NCBI GenBank assembly: GCA_963833425.1
Contig: CAWHXP010000009.1
Span: 95,220 to 159,219, forward strand
From: an uncultured Methanosarcinaceae archaeon
Lineage (GTDB): Archaea > Halobacteriota > Methanosarcinia > Methanosarcinales > Methanosarcinaceae
DNA: 64,000 bases
Direction of reading: 5' to 3'
The notes beneath the pieces were generated by a model, which did not search any database, was not told where the DNA came from, and saw nothing but the letters and a program-made list of their open reading frames with translations. Positions 33,840 through 45,060 of the stretch are shown here, piece after piece. Position numbers and translations under genes: made by a program. Numbering within the stretch: the first letter of the stretch is position 1; the number at the start of each line of letters is the position of its first letter.

Positions 33840-34390
33840 AGACGAAGTGCTAGTTTACCAAATTAAATTAAAAAGCTCACAACTCTTATAAATAATAAAT
33901 CACAACAAAACTCTCTCCTTCCTTTAAATTTTGTACCTACAAAAGGAACTGATCCTGTGTAGTTCGAAAAACGATCAGGTACAAGGTTGTCCTAAAAGTA
34001 GATAACTCGAAGACAGAAGGCCTTAGAATACCTCTCCCAGATAATACCGTAAAGGTTTGCCAGCCCTATTCAGAATGGCAGCTTCAGTTCATAGGGAAAG
34101 ATCAAGTATATCACACTCCAGTAGGCAAGAAAATAAAAGTGGCTTAAGAAACGCATTTGACATCATAGGCAATGGACCCAAACAGATACAAATAGGTACT
34201 AATAATGTAAACAAGACCATTTATAAAATTTACATAATAAAAGCAAGTCCAAAGCTCAGAACGTTAAGGTCATTGAACACTTCGATAGAAATGGAATTCT
34301 TCAGCTAATTACCTAGTCTTTAAATCTTGTGATAGAGGAGAAGACCCTCCTCCAAGCTGGTGCACAAAGTTATGAACTTACCGTAATAGC
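33840..34390 (+). pseudogene. C-terminal remnant of a DUF4139-like protein gene
   Basis: NSKTEGLRIPLPDNTVKV...QLQFIGKDQVYHTP, then NAFDI in a shifted frame; stops and frameshifts. Confidence 0.55.
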
Positions 34391-35863
34391 TGCCTTTTTA
34401 ATCAAATCCACATAACAGTTTCCAAAGCCGTATGTAGTAACTTTTTCGTCATATGTTCCAGACGTTGTTATAATACACGGACATGTACATATCCTTTTTT
34501 TCGTGCATCCAAAACAGTAAGACTACAGAAACCAGCTACATTTTCAGTTTTGGATTTCGTCACATTGTACTGAACAAGTTTAACAGAACCTGTTATATAA
34601 CTCTTAAATCCGACTTTCTCTGGGCGATTTTGCTTTTAGTATTTAGTGTGAGCTTGGTGATTTTTGAAATTACTATGTGTACTTCTTTACCGGATACCTG
34701 TAAAGCGCTTCCCACTGACGTAACACGCATCAAAACCATTATAGCTAATACAAAAAGAATTGTTGTTCGTATTATATACTATATTATTACACAAACTTAA
34801 TAATACTCCGCCCCAAGTTAGCTGAAAAAATTTAACTGTTCATTTATTAAACAATATATCACGAATCTCTGTCTTAGTTGGCTGATAACGCCAAAAAGAA
34901 AGACCTTACCAGCAATGGGTATTGAGATGTTAATGGTAACGAGGATAAAAAAATATAAAAATTAAAAAATGTAATTAAAATATGATACTAGTCTTACTGT
35001 CTATGAAATCCTACTTTGAATTGTACAAAAAAATTTGACACATACATATTAAACTAAAAATAAGCCATTTAACTTCAGTGAATTTGTATTGGCAAATTAA
35101 CTCATTTTTGCAGTTTTTGCAATCCATTCCTATGCGAATTGATCCTATTTTAAAAATATGTACCTTATGATTTTTTTCCCCCCCCTCTACATTTATCTTA
35201 ATTAATATTTTTTATGATTTAACCGTCCAGAATTTTACCTGTTGAAATTGCACGCTTACCAATAACAGAGCATCAATCGATTTTTCCCAACATACAACTA
35301 TTATGGAGATCTCGATCTACTCACCCTTAATCCCATTCTTAGATTATTATTTTAATTTAAAACTCTCACAATTTCCATCATATCGAATATTTCGCTCTGG
35401 GTGTGGTCACTCTTCAATTAGATATTAATTTTCAACTCACAAAAAAACAATTTCGATACCTGTTTTTGCCTATATGATTGTAAGCTCGATTATTCAACAT
35501 AGTATAAGAATACAATTGTTATGCCCTGTTAGTAGAAAATAAATGTACGAAAACGTGGTTCGAAGAAAATAATTACTCAAATATTTCCCATAGTTTATAA
35601 ATTAATTACTAAGATCCTACTAAAATACGATTTTCGAAAAGTAATAATTTGATGATCCATCAACAATAGCTGACATTTCCTAAAACAATCACATATTCTA
35701 TTTCTGCTTTTGTTTTCGGCCTTAGCCTTATGTACTCTCAACTTCCTTGCAGTTAGACTTAGAAAGCAGGTGAAAATGGAGGAGAGTATTCAAGGATTAA
35801 ATATTGACAACTAATAAGCAATACCAAATTTTGCATAAACAAAACTGCATAAAAAAAGCTAAT

Positions 35864-35938
35864 TGCTCCGATGGGGATTTGAACCCCAGTCTCAGGAGTG
35901 AGAGTCCTGAATGATTGGCCGAGCTACACTATCGGAGC
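35864..35938 (-). tRNA. tRNA-Glu(CTC)
   Basis: GCTCCGA/TCGGAGC acceptor; anticodon arm CAGGA-CTCTCAC-TCCTG; TTCAAAT T loop; no intron. Confidence 0.95.
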
Positions 35939-36113
35939 ATATTATTAATACGCTTTACCTCTTAGGCAGCATATTCCAAGTAATTAAAAAAATATAAACT
36001 TTTCGTCTAAAGTCTAAAAAATGTATAAACTGCCGGCAAGGATTCTGTCCTCTTCCGGCTCTACGGAATAAATCTTCTCTTAAGCTTGAAGATCCTTCAG
36101 CTTCAAAAACCAG

Positions 36114-37355
36114 TTATACGAACATAGCGTGAGGAATTGAAGGTTCCTGAACGTTTACGACTTTTTCATAGGCTTTCATGAAATCTGCCATTGTGATCTG
36201 CTTACCGCGTCTGCGCAGCACAAAGATTCCAGCTTCTTTAGTAATGACACTAATCTCTGCCCCGCTCATTCCATTCATGACTTTTGCGAGTTTCTCAAAA
36301 TCCACATCATTGGCAAGGTTCATCTTGCGAGTATGGATCTTAAGGATCTCAACCCTGCCCTTTTCATCAGGAAGCGGAATTTCAATAGAACGATCAAATC
36401 TACCAGGTCTTAGGAGAGCAGGATCAAGGAGATCAACCCTGTTAGTCGCAGCAACCACCTTTACATTACCTTTGGGATCGAAGCCATCCATCTCCGCAAG
36501 GAGCTGAAGCATTGTCCTGTTCACTTCTGCAGAGCCGCTTGTCCCGTCATATGTCCTCATGCTGCCAACAGCATCGATTTCATCTATAAAAAGAATGCTT
36601 GGAGACTTATCCCTTGCAAGCTGGAAAATGTCCTTGACTAGCCTAGAACCTTCACCTACGAACTTCTGGACCAGATCAGAACCTGACATTCGGATGAAAG
36701 TTGCTTTTGCCTGAGAGGCTATGGCTTTTGCGATAAGGGTCTTTCCCGTACCTGGGGCACCGTGTAGCAGGACACCAGAAGGAGGTTCAATTCCCAGTTC
36801 TTCGAAAAGTTCGGGTTCTGTAAGAGGTAATTCAACGCTTTCACGGACTTCCTGAAGGACCTCATCGAGCCCGCCAATCATGCTATAATCCACACCTGGA
36901 GAGTTAATGAGTTCCATAACCTGAGCTCGGACGTCCGCAGCCCTGCTAACTATGGAGATAATTGAGTAAGCTCCATTTACTGCAACTCTCATTCCAGGTT
37001 CTATCTTTCCGAGGCACTCCTCTGGAATCTGGGTAAGTACCTCCTGGTTGTTCCCATGCTGCCTTATAAGGGAAATTTCACCATTTACTTCAAGAATGGT
37101 TGCAATAAAAAGAGGGGGCTCAGTAAGCTGCTCCAGATGAGCTTTTAACTTATTGATTTCTTGAAGGTGCCTGCCAGTCGCTACACTTGCTTCAAGGAGC
37201 CGAGCCTTCATATTTTCATTCTGGATTCTAATGATTTCTACTTCAGTTAAAAGAGATTTCACATCTTCAGCAATGATCTCCCCGCATTCAAGCTGGAATT
37301 CTACCCTGGTTTTAATATCTTCAATGGAAGACCCTATTGAACTATCTTCTGACAT
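36114..37355 (-). CDS. pan: Proteasome-activating nucleotidase
   Basis: Coiled coil + OB, GAPGTGKT, FIDEIDA, EVNRTMLQLL, ALLRPGRFDR. Confidence 0.95.
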   Translation of the reverse strand: MSEDSSIGSSIEDIKTRVEFQLECGEIIAEDVKSLLTEVEIIRIQNENMKARLLEASVATGRHLQEINKLKAHLEQLTEPPLFIATILEVNGEISLIRQHGNNQEVLTQIPEECLGKIEPGMRVAVNGAYSIISIVSRAADVRAQVMELINSPGVDYSMIGGLDEVLQEVRESVELPLTEPELFEELGIEPPSGVLLHGAPGTGKTLIAKAIASQAKATFIRMSGSDLVQKFVGEGSRLVKDIFQLARDKSPSILFIDEIDAVGSMRTYDGTSGSAEVNRTMLQLLAEMDGFDPKGNVKVVAATNRVDLLDPALLRPGRFDRSIEIPLPDEKGRVEILKIHTRKMNLANDVDFEKLAKVMNGMSGAEISVITKEAGIFVLRRRGKQITMADFMKAYEKVVNVQEPSIPHAMFV

Positions 37356-37664
37356 TTGAAAACACCTGTATAATTATATAATATTTGTTTAATACTAAGG
37401 TTTTAAGGTAAATTTACTTTGAAACTATTTATTTGCAGAGTAATTAATTTGAAGGTTGAAGGCCTGCAGTTTATTGATCTTCAATCCAATAATTAACGAA
37501 TTAATCGAATTTTAGGCAATTGTTTGGGTATCTGGTGGCCGATTCTTTAGCAAATCTCAGATATTAATTTTGTCCTTTAGGAGCTTTTACGAAAGAAGTA
37601 AAAGAATAAAGCAAAAAATCAAGAAAAGAACGATCGTTTCCATAAAATCTCCCTTCAGAACACT

Positions 37665-37753
37665 CATTATTTCGATAAACCTACGATTTCAACAAATTGC
37701 TTATATAGAGTGCATAAGCGATAAGCAATAAATTGAAGTTTATCAAAATCCTC
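37665..37753. repeat. 89-bp MITE
   Basis: ATTTCGATAAACC...AGTTTATCAAAATCCTC. Confidence 0.75.
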
Positions 37754-37936
37754 TTAATAATAGAGATTAAGATGCAAGAAAATACTACATATATATATAA
37801 AGTATATATATAAGTTCCTGCAAAACGTGCAATTCATTTCTGATATCTATCAAACTGCTTCTTGATATTCGCTTGGTATATATCCCTTTTGTTTATTCTT
37901 TTCAGACCTTAAATTTCATTTTTCCGGATCATCACA

Positions 37937-38025
37937 GATTATCATAGATAAACCTTTGATTTTTATGAGTCGTGCATATACCATTTATAAGCATAGAATG
38001 AAATTTAGAGTTTATCTAAATACTC
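37937..38025. repeat. 89-bp MITE
   Basis: TAGATAAACCTTTGATTTT...AGTTTATCTAAATACTC; interior resembles the 33242 copy. Confidence 0.72.
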
Positions 38026-38468
38026 CATAATTATCAAAATCTTCAGATCGCAATGGATCCATCTAGAAATCGGACAGTAAAAACAAGAAAACGAAAAAAT
38101 GCTGAATTTAACATGACTCAGATCTGGAATGAGGTAGAATATAAACCTTACCCAGATTAGAACGAGAGTAGAAAGTAAAGTTCGGTCTGATAGAGGCAAC
38201 CCAATGAAAGATTTAAAAAAATTATCATTCGACTATTTTATACAATCAATAACATACCCTTTGATATATAATAAAACGTAAACTCCTGAGGTGTTTAATG
38301 CGTAGATTGTTGAAAGCCTATAAATATTCAATGCTCTCGTTTTACAGGCTCTGATACTAACTGTAATTTTTTCAAAACCTGTTCTTCGAAATGCTATCTA
38401 TATACAATAAAAATACCAAACATTCGAAAGTTTTAAGATTATATTCTCCAATTTAGGAGCAATCATTA

Positions 38469-39473
38469 ATGGAGGACTATAAAATTAAGGAAGAGATCTG
38501 GATCGAAAAATACAGACCTTTTAGACTTGATCAAGTGACAGGACAGGAGGAAACCATAAAACGCCTGAAGTCCTATGTTGCAACGAAAATACTCCCTCAT
38601 CTACTCTTTTCCGGACCTCCGGGTGTCGGGAAAACTGCTTCTGCAGTTTCGATCGCCAGGGAAATTTACGGTGAAAATAGCTGGAGGGAAAATTTTAACG
38701 AACTAAATGCATCCGATGAGAGAGGTATCGATATTGTTCGAACAAAAATTAAAAACTTTGCAAAAACTGCTCCAATAGGAGGAGCTGAATTTAAGATTAT
38801 TTTCCTGGACGAAGCTGATGCACTGACCTCAGATGCCCAGTCTGCACTTAGGAGAACTATGGAACGTTTCAGTAGCAACTGTCGTTTTATTCTCTCCTGC
38901 AACTATTCTTCAAAGATTATTGAGCCTATTCAATCCCGTTGCGTAGTCTATAGGTTTAGGCGCCTTTCGGATGAGGCCATAAAAAAACGCCTAAAATATA
39001 TAGCGAAAGATCAACATTTAACCATCACTGAGGATGGATATGAAGCTCTTATTTATGTAGCCCAAGGAGATATGCGAAAAGGTGTAAATTCTCTTCAGGC
39101 ATCAGCTTGTTTAGATCCGGAAAAACCTATATCAAGTGGGACAATTTATAGGACCACTGCAAACGCAAACCCTGAGGAAATAAAATCCCTGATAGAAACC
39201 GCCCTAGGGGGAAATTTTAGGGCTGCCAGAAAAGAACTTAACAAATTACTCAATGAAGAAGGACTCTCTGGTGAAGATATAGTTGGACAGATTTATAGAG
39301 CTGTATCTGAAATGGACAACCGCATGGTTCTGGATCTCGGGCTTTCTGAAAGGCGCATTGTCGAACTCATAGATATTATCGGTGAGATCGACTTCAGGCT
39401 CACAGAGGGAGCGAGTGAAAAAATTCAACTCGAGGCTTTGCTCGCACATTTTGCACTTTCGAACGCAAATTGA
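38469..39473 (+). CDS. rfcS: Replication factor C small subunit
   Basis: WIEKYRP, GPPGVGKT, ELNASDERG, LDEADAL, QSRC; no intein. Confidence 0.96.
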   Translation: MEDYKIKEEIWIEKYRPFRLDQVTGQEETIKRLKSYVATKILPHLLFSGPPGVGKTASAVSIAREIYGENSWRENFNELNASDERGIDIVRTKIKNFAKTAPIGGAEFKIIFLDEADALTSDAQSALRRTMERFSSNCRFILSCNYSSKIIEPIQSRCVVYRFRRLSDEAIKKRLKYIAKDQHLTITEDGYEALIYVAQGDMRKGVNSLQASACLDPEKPISSGTIYRTTANANPEEIKSLIETALGGNFRAARKELNKLLNEEGLSGEDIVGQIYRAVSEMDNRMVLDLGLSERRIVELIDIIGEIDFRLTEGASEKIQLEALLAHFALSNAN

Positions 39474-39978
39474 GGTACTGTCGCAGTATAATGCTTAATT
39501 GATCTGATTTTCTGAAATCAATTTCTATTTAGGTCTGCGAAATCTCCATATATCTCAAAAATATCAAACTGTATCATTGATAGAACAAATATGAATATTT
39601 GTCATTATGATATCCAATTTCTACTTTCCAGCTTCTTGCATTTATTCCATTAATTCGGAAGTTCTCCGGAATTGGTATGAAAGGAAATAAGGGAAGCTAG
39701 GAAAAAGGAAACATATAAACAAATAAAAATATTTGATTTTGAACAATTCCTTTATATTCAAAGCAATGACAAGAGCATACACAGTTGATTGCAGCGAGGT
39801 AAGCACCAAATTTTGATTTAATTGAATAAGAATTACGCACTTGATGTACAAAAATGAAACACAATCAAAACTGTGGTTTAAATATGCATTTTTGACAGTT
39901 AAGATTTTTTTTGTCATCAATTTTTAGTTCAACTGCTTAAGTTTGATTTTGAAAAAGGAAAGTCCTCTTTTCTTTATG

Positions 39979-40143
39979 TTACTCTTTTGGACTTAGAGGA
40001 TCTATCCTGAAAAGCAAAATCATGAATAATGCAGTCACAGTCCCTGTACTCCATAGAAGCGGATCTTTTGTGATATTCAGAAGTTCACCAATTATTAGCA
40101 ATAAAGCTCCAACTAACAATAAAATATGAACTTTTTTTCTCAA
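39979..40143 (-). CDS. Putative 54-aa two-helix membrane protein (below ORF-track cutoff)
   Basis: GGGGGA RBS, TTG start, MRKKVHILLLVGALLLIIGELLNITKDPLLWSTGTVTALFMILLFRIDPLSPKE*. Confidence 0.55.
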   Translation of the reverse strand: MRKKVHILLLVGALLLIIGELLNITKDPLLWSTGTVTALFMILLFRIDPLSPKE

Positions 40144-40504
40144 TGTACTAATCCCCCATTAATTATTTTTTTGAATTTGTAAATTCCCAAATGCTATTTA
40201 AGGATTAAAATTCAATTCCCTATTCATAATTGTTTTTCTTCATTATCTATTTTTTCATGAAGCATTTATTCCTTCTCCAAACTTCAATAAAAATCAAACT
40301 TATGTTTTTAAACAAATAAGCTTCAGGATCTGAAAATATTTTAGGTTAAAGGACTGAATTTAAAAACGAAAATGGAATTCTTCGAATAGTAAGCACAAAT
40401 AAATAAAGTGCTAAAGATTAAGATGATTTGTTCCAAATTTCAGGTAAAAGCTTTCGAATAAATCCTTAGATTTTCATGTAATATTTTTTTAAATCAGAAA
40501 TTTA

Positions 40505-41357
40505 GGTTCCGTTGCAAAAAATTCAAAAAATATGTAAATTTATAAGTAATGAATAAAAATCAAAATATTCAAAGAAAATGTACTAACATTATAAAATTAA
40601 ACAAACAATTGATTAATGTATTTAACTTCATTAAAAACAGAGTAATTTAGATCATTTACTTGTCCTTTTTTGATCATATTCATAGCTTCAATTCCTTTTA
40701 AAGTCTTATTAGCAGATTGAAAAGACTGAAATCCTAACATTGGATTAACAATTCTCTTTATAGATCTGTGATCTTGTTCTATAATGTTATTTAAATACTT
40801 GATTTGTAGAATGCCTAAGTTTTTAGGTAGTATTTTATCGTTTTTCAGTTCATCTATAGCAGGTGGATAAACTGGATTCTTATCGGCGGTTATTACTCTT
40901 GGAATTTGATTATGATTAGAACTCAAAGCTTTATTAAAGAATCTCTTAGCTGCTTTTAGATCTCGTTTTGTACTTAACATGAAATCAATTGTATCTCCAT
41001 TTGAGTCAACTGCTCGGTAAAAATATTTTCATTTACCTCGTACTTTGATATAGGTTTCATCAACTTTCCACGACTCGTTTGTTGGTCTTAAATGCCTTCT
41101 GATATTCTTTTCTATTTCAGGAGAATATTGATGCACCCATCTCATTATAGTACTGTGATCAACTTGAATTCCTCGTTCTATCATCATTTCCTTTAAATTT
41201 CTATAGCTCAATGGGTATTTTAAGTACCATCTGATATTCAATAGAATAATTTCTCCTTCATAATGTTTCCATTTAAAGGAGTTAGATAGCATATTACTAT
41301 CTTTGGTTTTCTTTTTATTCTATTACATTATTAGAAAAAATTTTTTGCAACGGAACC
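40505..41357 (-). mobile_element. IS6-family element; transposase broken by one in-frame TGA (41029-41031)
   Basis: TIRs GGTTCCGTTGCAAAAAA at both ends; FKWKHY, WKVDETYIKVRGK*KYFYRAVDS, YLNNIIEQDHR. Confidence 0.95.
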
Positions 41358-41852
41358 GGATTTATGCACTTAAGAACTAAAATCAAACACAAGAAAGGTT
41401 ATGAGGATCAGTATATTTATGACAGTTGATCTTTGACACCGCTAATTTAGAATTCAATTGATCAAATATTTATATCAAAAATAAGGGTCAATTCTGAAGT
41501 TTAGGATCCAATTTTGCAAAATTTTATACTACTTAAATCCAATATTTTTGAAGCTGTCCACAACTTATATTTGATAATTTTCATCATTCAAGGACTGCTA
41601 GTTATAAATACTATTTTTCCTATGTATGATATAAATATCAAAGAAGATTGAAAATAACTTTTTTAAACCATGAATTAATATAAAACATTTAAAAAATATC
41701 CGTGCATTAAGCACTTAAATAACTATATCAAAAAATTTCCTAGTAATCGTCTTTTCTTATGCAGAATCATATTGCAAGTTAAGAAAAATAAGTTGCATAA
41801 TTGCTTTGACTGAAAGCCTGATTTACTGGAAGAAATAGAGGTAGTTTGGGGA

Positions 41853-43304
41853 ATGAAAAAATACGATGCAATTGTTGTCGGGGCGGGTGTAAGCGGGCTT
41901 CTAGCAGCGCTAACGCTTTCAAAACATGGAAAAAAAGTCCTTGTTCTTGAAAAAAAAAGACATCTTGGTGGAAACTGCAACAGCTACATGGTAGAAGGCT
42001 ACCAGGTGGACACAGGAGTGCATGCGATAACTCACCTAAATGAAGGACCCCTGAAAAGACTAATGGATAATTATTTTGATTATTTGCCTGTATTTGAAGA
42101 CTATGGGCATTATTACGTCAGGACTGAAAATGCTCTAGTTAAGGTTCCTTCCAATTTAAAAGATTTCGTGACTTTCGATGTGCTTCCAAGAAAAGACAGG
42201 GTTCTACTTTTTCAAATCCTCACGAAGGCCTTCACACTTTCCTCATTCGGAATAGATCTCTCTAATCAGTCTGTGTATGATTTCCTGCCAAAAAATCTTT
42301 CAAAAGATACTTATGACTTTGTGGATACAATATCCACTTTCCTTTCAGGCAGGTCCATGAAAGAAACTTCAGCCCAACGTGTATTGTGGGGAAGTAGTCT
42401 TCTCAGGGACAGTATTACTCAGGAACAGTTTGATGCAATGATAGGAAGACCTGATACGAAAAAGCTCCAGTCTGCAGAGTTCGTCCCTGTCTCATTCCTC
42501 CAATCTCATCTTCATGCTTCCCTTCAGGCCAGGATGACAAAGGTAGCCCAACCTTTTACATCCTTCGAAAGACTGGCAACAAACGATGTAAACAGCTCTC
42601 AGGGATATCCAAGAAAAGGACTGAAAGCCCTGCTAAGTTCCATCATTTATTCCCTCCCGACAACTGTCGAAATTAAAAAAGAGTGTGAGGTAATCTCTAT
42701 TTTGGTGCAGGATGAAAAGGTTTCAGGTGTAGAAGCCGACAAAATTTATACCTCTGACATCGTTATCTATACAGGCTTTGCAACTGAGCTTCCAAGACTT
42801 GTAAAATGTCTTCCCACCGGTTATGCAGAAGATCTCAAAGGTATTGTGACCAGTAAAAGCCTGACTATATGGCTTGGCCTGGAAAAGGAACTTCCTGAGT
42901 TCAATTATATAGGTTCTGAAATATGGTTTAAGGATTTCGCTTACTGGGCAATGCCTATAAGTAATTATGATCCTTCCCTTGCTCCCAGTAATAAACAGCT
43001 TATAGGTTTTTCCTTTGTGATCGACAATAAAAGTGATGACCAGGAAATCAAAAAGGCGTATGATACGATTTTCCGCGCCCATCCTAACATCGAAAAGCAT
43101 ATCGAGATGCGCCATGAACAGGTTACAATTCCCGAAAAAGCTGCAGTCACCATTGACGGAAAGTTCGCAGATATCCGGACTCCTATCCGGAATCTCTATG
43201 TAGTAGGCACAGATACTGACAAGCGTAGTATGGGAATAACTCGAGCCTCGTATTCAATTATAGAGCTTTTGAAAATACTTACTGAAGATGGGAATCTAAA
43301 TTAA
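41853..43304 (+). CDS. FAD-dependent oxidoreductase, phytoene-desaturase superfamily
   Basis: VVGAGVSGL Rossmann motif, LEK...GG, YQVDTG, DPSLAP, TPIRNLYVVG. Confidence 0.88.
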   Translation: MKKYDAIVVGAGVSGLLAALTLSKHGKKVLVLEKKRHLGGNCNSYMVEGYQVDTGVHAITHLNEGPLKRLMDNYFDYLPVFEDYGHYYVRTENALVKVPSNLKDFVTFDVLPRKDRVLLFQILTKAFTLSSFGIDLSNQSVYDFLPKNLSKDTYDFVDTISTFLSGRSMKETSAQRVLWGSSLLRDSITQEQFDAMIGRPDTKKLQSAEFVPVSFLQSHLHASLQARMTKVAQPFTSFERLATNDVNSSQGYPRKGLKALLSSIIYSLPTTVEIKKECEVISILVQDEKVSGVEADKIYTSDIVIYTGFATELPRLVKCLPTGYAEDLKGIVTSKSLTIWLGLEKELPEFNYIGSEIWFKDFAYWAMPISNYDPSLAPSNKQLIGFSFVIDNKSDDQEIKKAYDTIFRAHPNIEKHIEMRHEQVTIPEKAAVTIDGKFADIRTPIRNLYVVGTDTDKRSMGITRASYSIIELLKILTEDGNLN

Positions 43305-43549
43305 AAAAAAATATTTTTAGCTATTGAATCAAAATAGTTATTATCAACTAGGTTTTTTGTAGGCTGAGTAATTACTTTGTTTTTAATACCGTTAATTTCT
43401 GGTGTATAAAATTTATTAAAAAATGATAGGACATAAATTTTCAAAAATAAATTTTAGTCGATGAAAAAATTTTACTGAACAATTATTAAATCAAATCCGA
43501 GAGGCAAAATTAAAGATTAAGTGTTGCATCTCACTGAAAACGATGAGAT

Positions 43550-44148
43550 ATTTTCATGCTCCAGCTATAGTTATAAATAAATTATTCAGAAAGGAATTAT
43601 TCAGAATCAAATATTTTCACTAGCATATATATGCACTCTTCCATCTGATTTCTTTTATTTCCACAATAGTTTTTAAATTATATCGAAGTTTCACCACACA
43701 AACAATTCCGATATAACCTCCATAACTTCACAATTCACAACTTAATAGATTTTTTACCAATATCAGAGTGTTCTTTAAATATTTTTCATGTTGTGATACT
43801 TTTTCTAATGTACATACTTTGAAGGAGAATATTTAGGTTCAAAATCAGCGAAAAGATGTACTCGTTCAATATTAACACCTATTGTATCAAACTCCAAACA
43901 GTATACTTTATCAAATTCAAAGTACAGATATTTCAAATATTTGGTAATGTCGCTGGCAAGAAAATTTTTTTACAATATTCCATGCAAAAAAATCACTGGA
44001 GATCTTATTTTGCCAGCATAATGAATTACACGACGTAGTTCCATTTTTATAGTTCAAAAATAGTTTAAAATTGAATAAGTTAGTTAAAACTGTTCGCAGA
44101 AAAGTTTTAATTCCCAGAGCAAGCTGTAGGGTATTCAGCTAAGACAAA
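43550..44148 (-). mobile_element. IS200 remnant (tnpA pseudogene ~43640-44045)
   Basis: MELRRVIH...YCLEFDTIG...VHLFADFEPKYSPSK; end motif CAGAGCAAGCTGTAGGGTATTC. Confidence 0.75.
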
Positions 44149-44157
44149 GTAATTACG

Positions 44158-44252
44158 CGGGCTCGCCGTGATTCGAACACGAGTTAATGGGTACCTTCGT
44201 AAAGGATCATACTTCGAAGCCCATTAGGATATCCTGGCTACCCCACGAGCCC
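44158..44252 (-). tRNA. tRNA-Arg(TCG) with 21-nt intron (44193-44213)
   Basis: GGGCTCG/CGAGCCC acceptor; canonical BHB CTTC-GAA-GTA...TAC-GAAG-GTA at 37/38. Confidence 0.93.
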
Positions 44253-44324
44253 GCTGTGCATCAATAGTGATAGGAACAATCCATATTAAAGGTTTCTATT
44301 AAAACTAAGGCAAAATAAGGAGAG

Positions 44325-44862
44325 TATGAAAATCAAAAATATTTATCTGTTTATTTATACTTATTTTTTATATGGTTTCTTGATTTCAGCATACTTTTTA
44401 AATTACATCGGAAGTTGTGCCATTACACACAGTTCCAATGTAACCTTCATAACTCTACCGTTTAATATCAAATAACTTTTTTCTAATTTCAGATCATTCC
44501 ATAAAGATCTTTTTTGCTGTGATATTTTTTTCTAATCTGATAAATCTTGGAGGAAATATTTTATTTCAGCACAATTAAAAGATATACCTGACCGTCATTA
44601 CAGATTGTATGAAACTCAAAACAGTACCTTTACTAATTTTAAAGTATAGAAATCTAAAATAATTGATTATTTAATTGTCTTAAAAAATTAAAATATTTCA
44701 TATAATAACTATTTGATATCTAATATTATATACACACTTGTATTCATGATGTTTCCCCACTTTATACTGCAAAGATAGCTTAGAATATAAATCACTTAGT
44801 TTAATAGTTAATTGAGAAGTTACAATAATCAAAGCAAGCTATGGGATATTCAGCCAAAATGA
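44325..44862 (-). mobile_element. Second IS200 remnant of the same subfamily
   Basis: KCVYNIRYQIV, RYCFEFHTI, EGYIGTVCNGTTSDVI, KQINIFDF; end motif AAAGCAAGCTATGGGATATTC. Confidence 0.7.
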
Positions 44863-45060
44863 AATGAAAGTATGCTACGATGTACTTTTTTTGAACATTA
44901 ACTTCATCGTTATTCTGGCTAGAAGTATGTTGTAATTTTGGCTTTTAAACAGCATACAAATAATCCGTGAATTACCATCTAAAGATCAAATGTGATTTTG
45001 ATCACGAATGTTAAATCGGCTTTTTAGGCAATTACACTGCTGATTAAATAGCAATTTAAA

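Noticed and set aside
33340..34800. Further decayed minus-strand genes (33340-33830 and a possible secreted protein at 34370-34770)
   Set aside because: Look like pseudogene debris, but the family cannot be supported by eye
41029..41031. In-frame TGA in the IS6 transposase as selenocysteine or recoding
   Set aside because: Aligns to a conserved Trp, not Cys; a TGG-to-TGA mutation is simpler and other genes here stop at TGA
35864..44252. Provirus or integrative element at the tRNA genes
   Set aside because: No integrase and no duplicated tRNA 3' end seen
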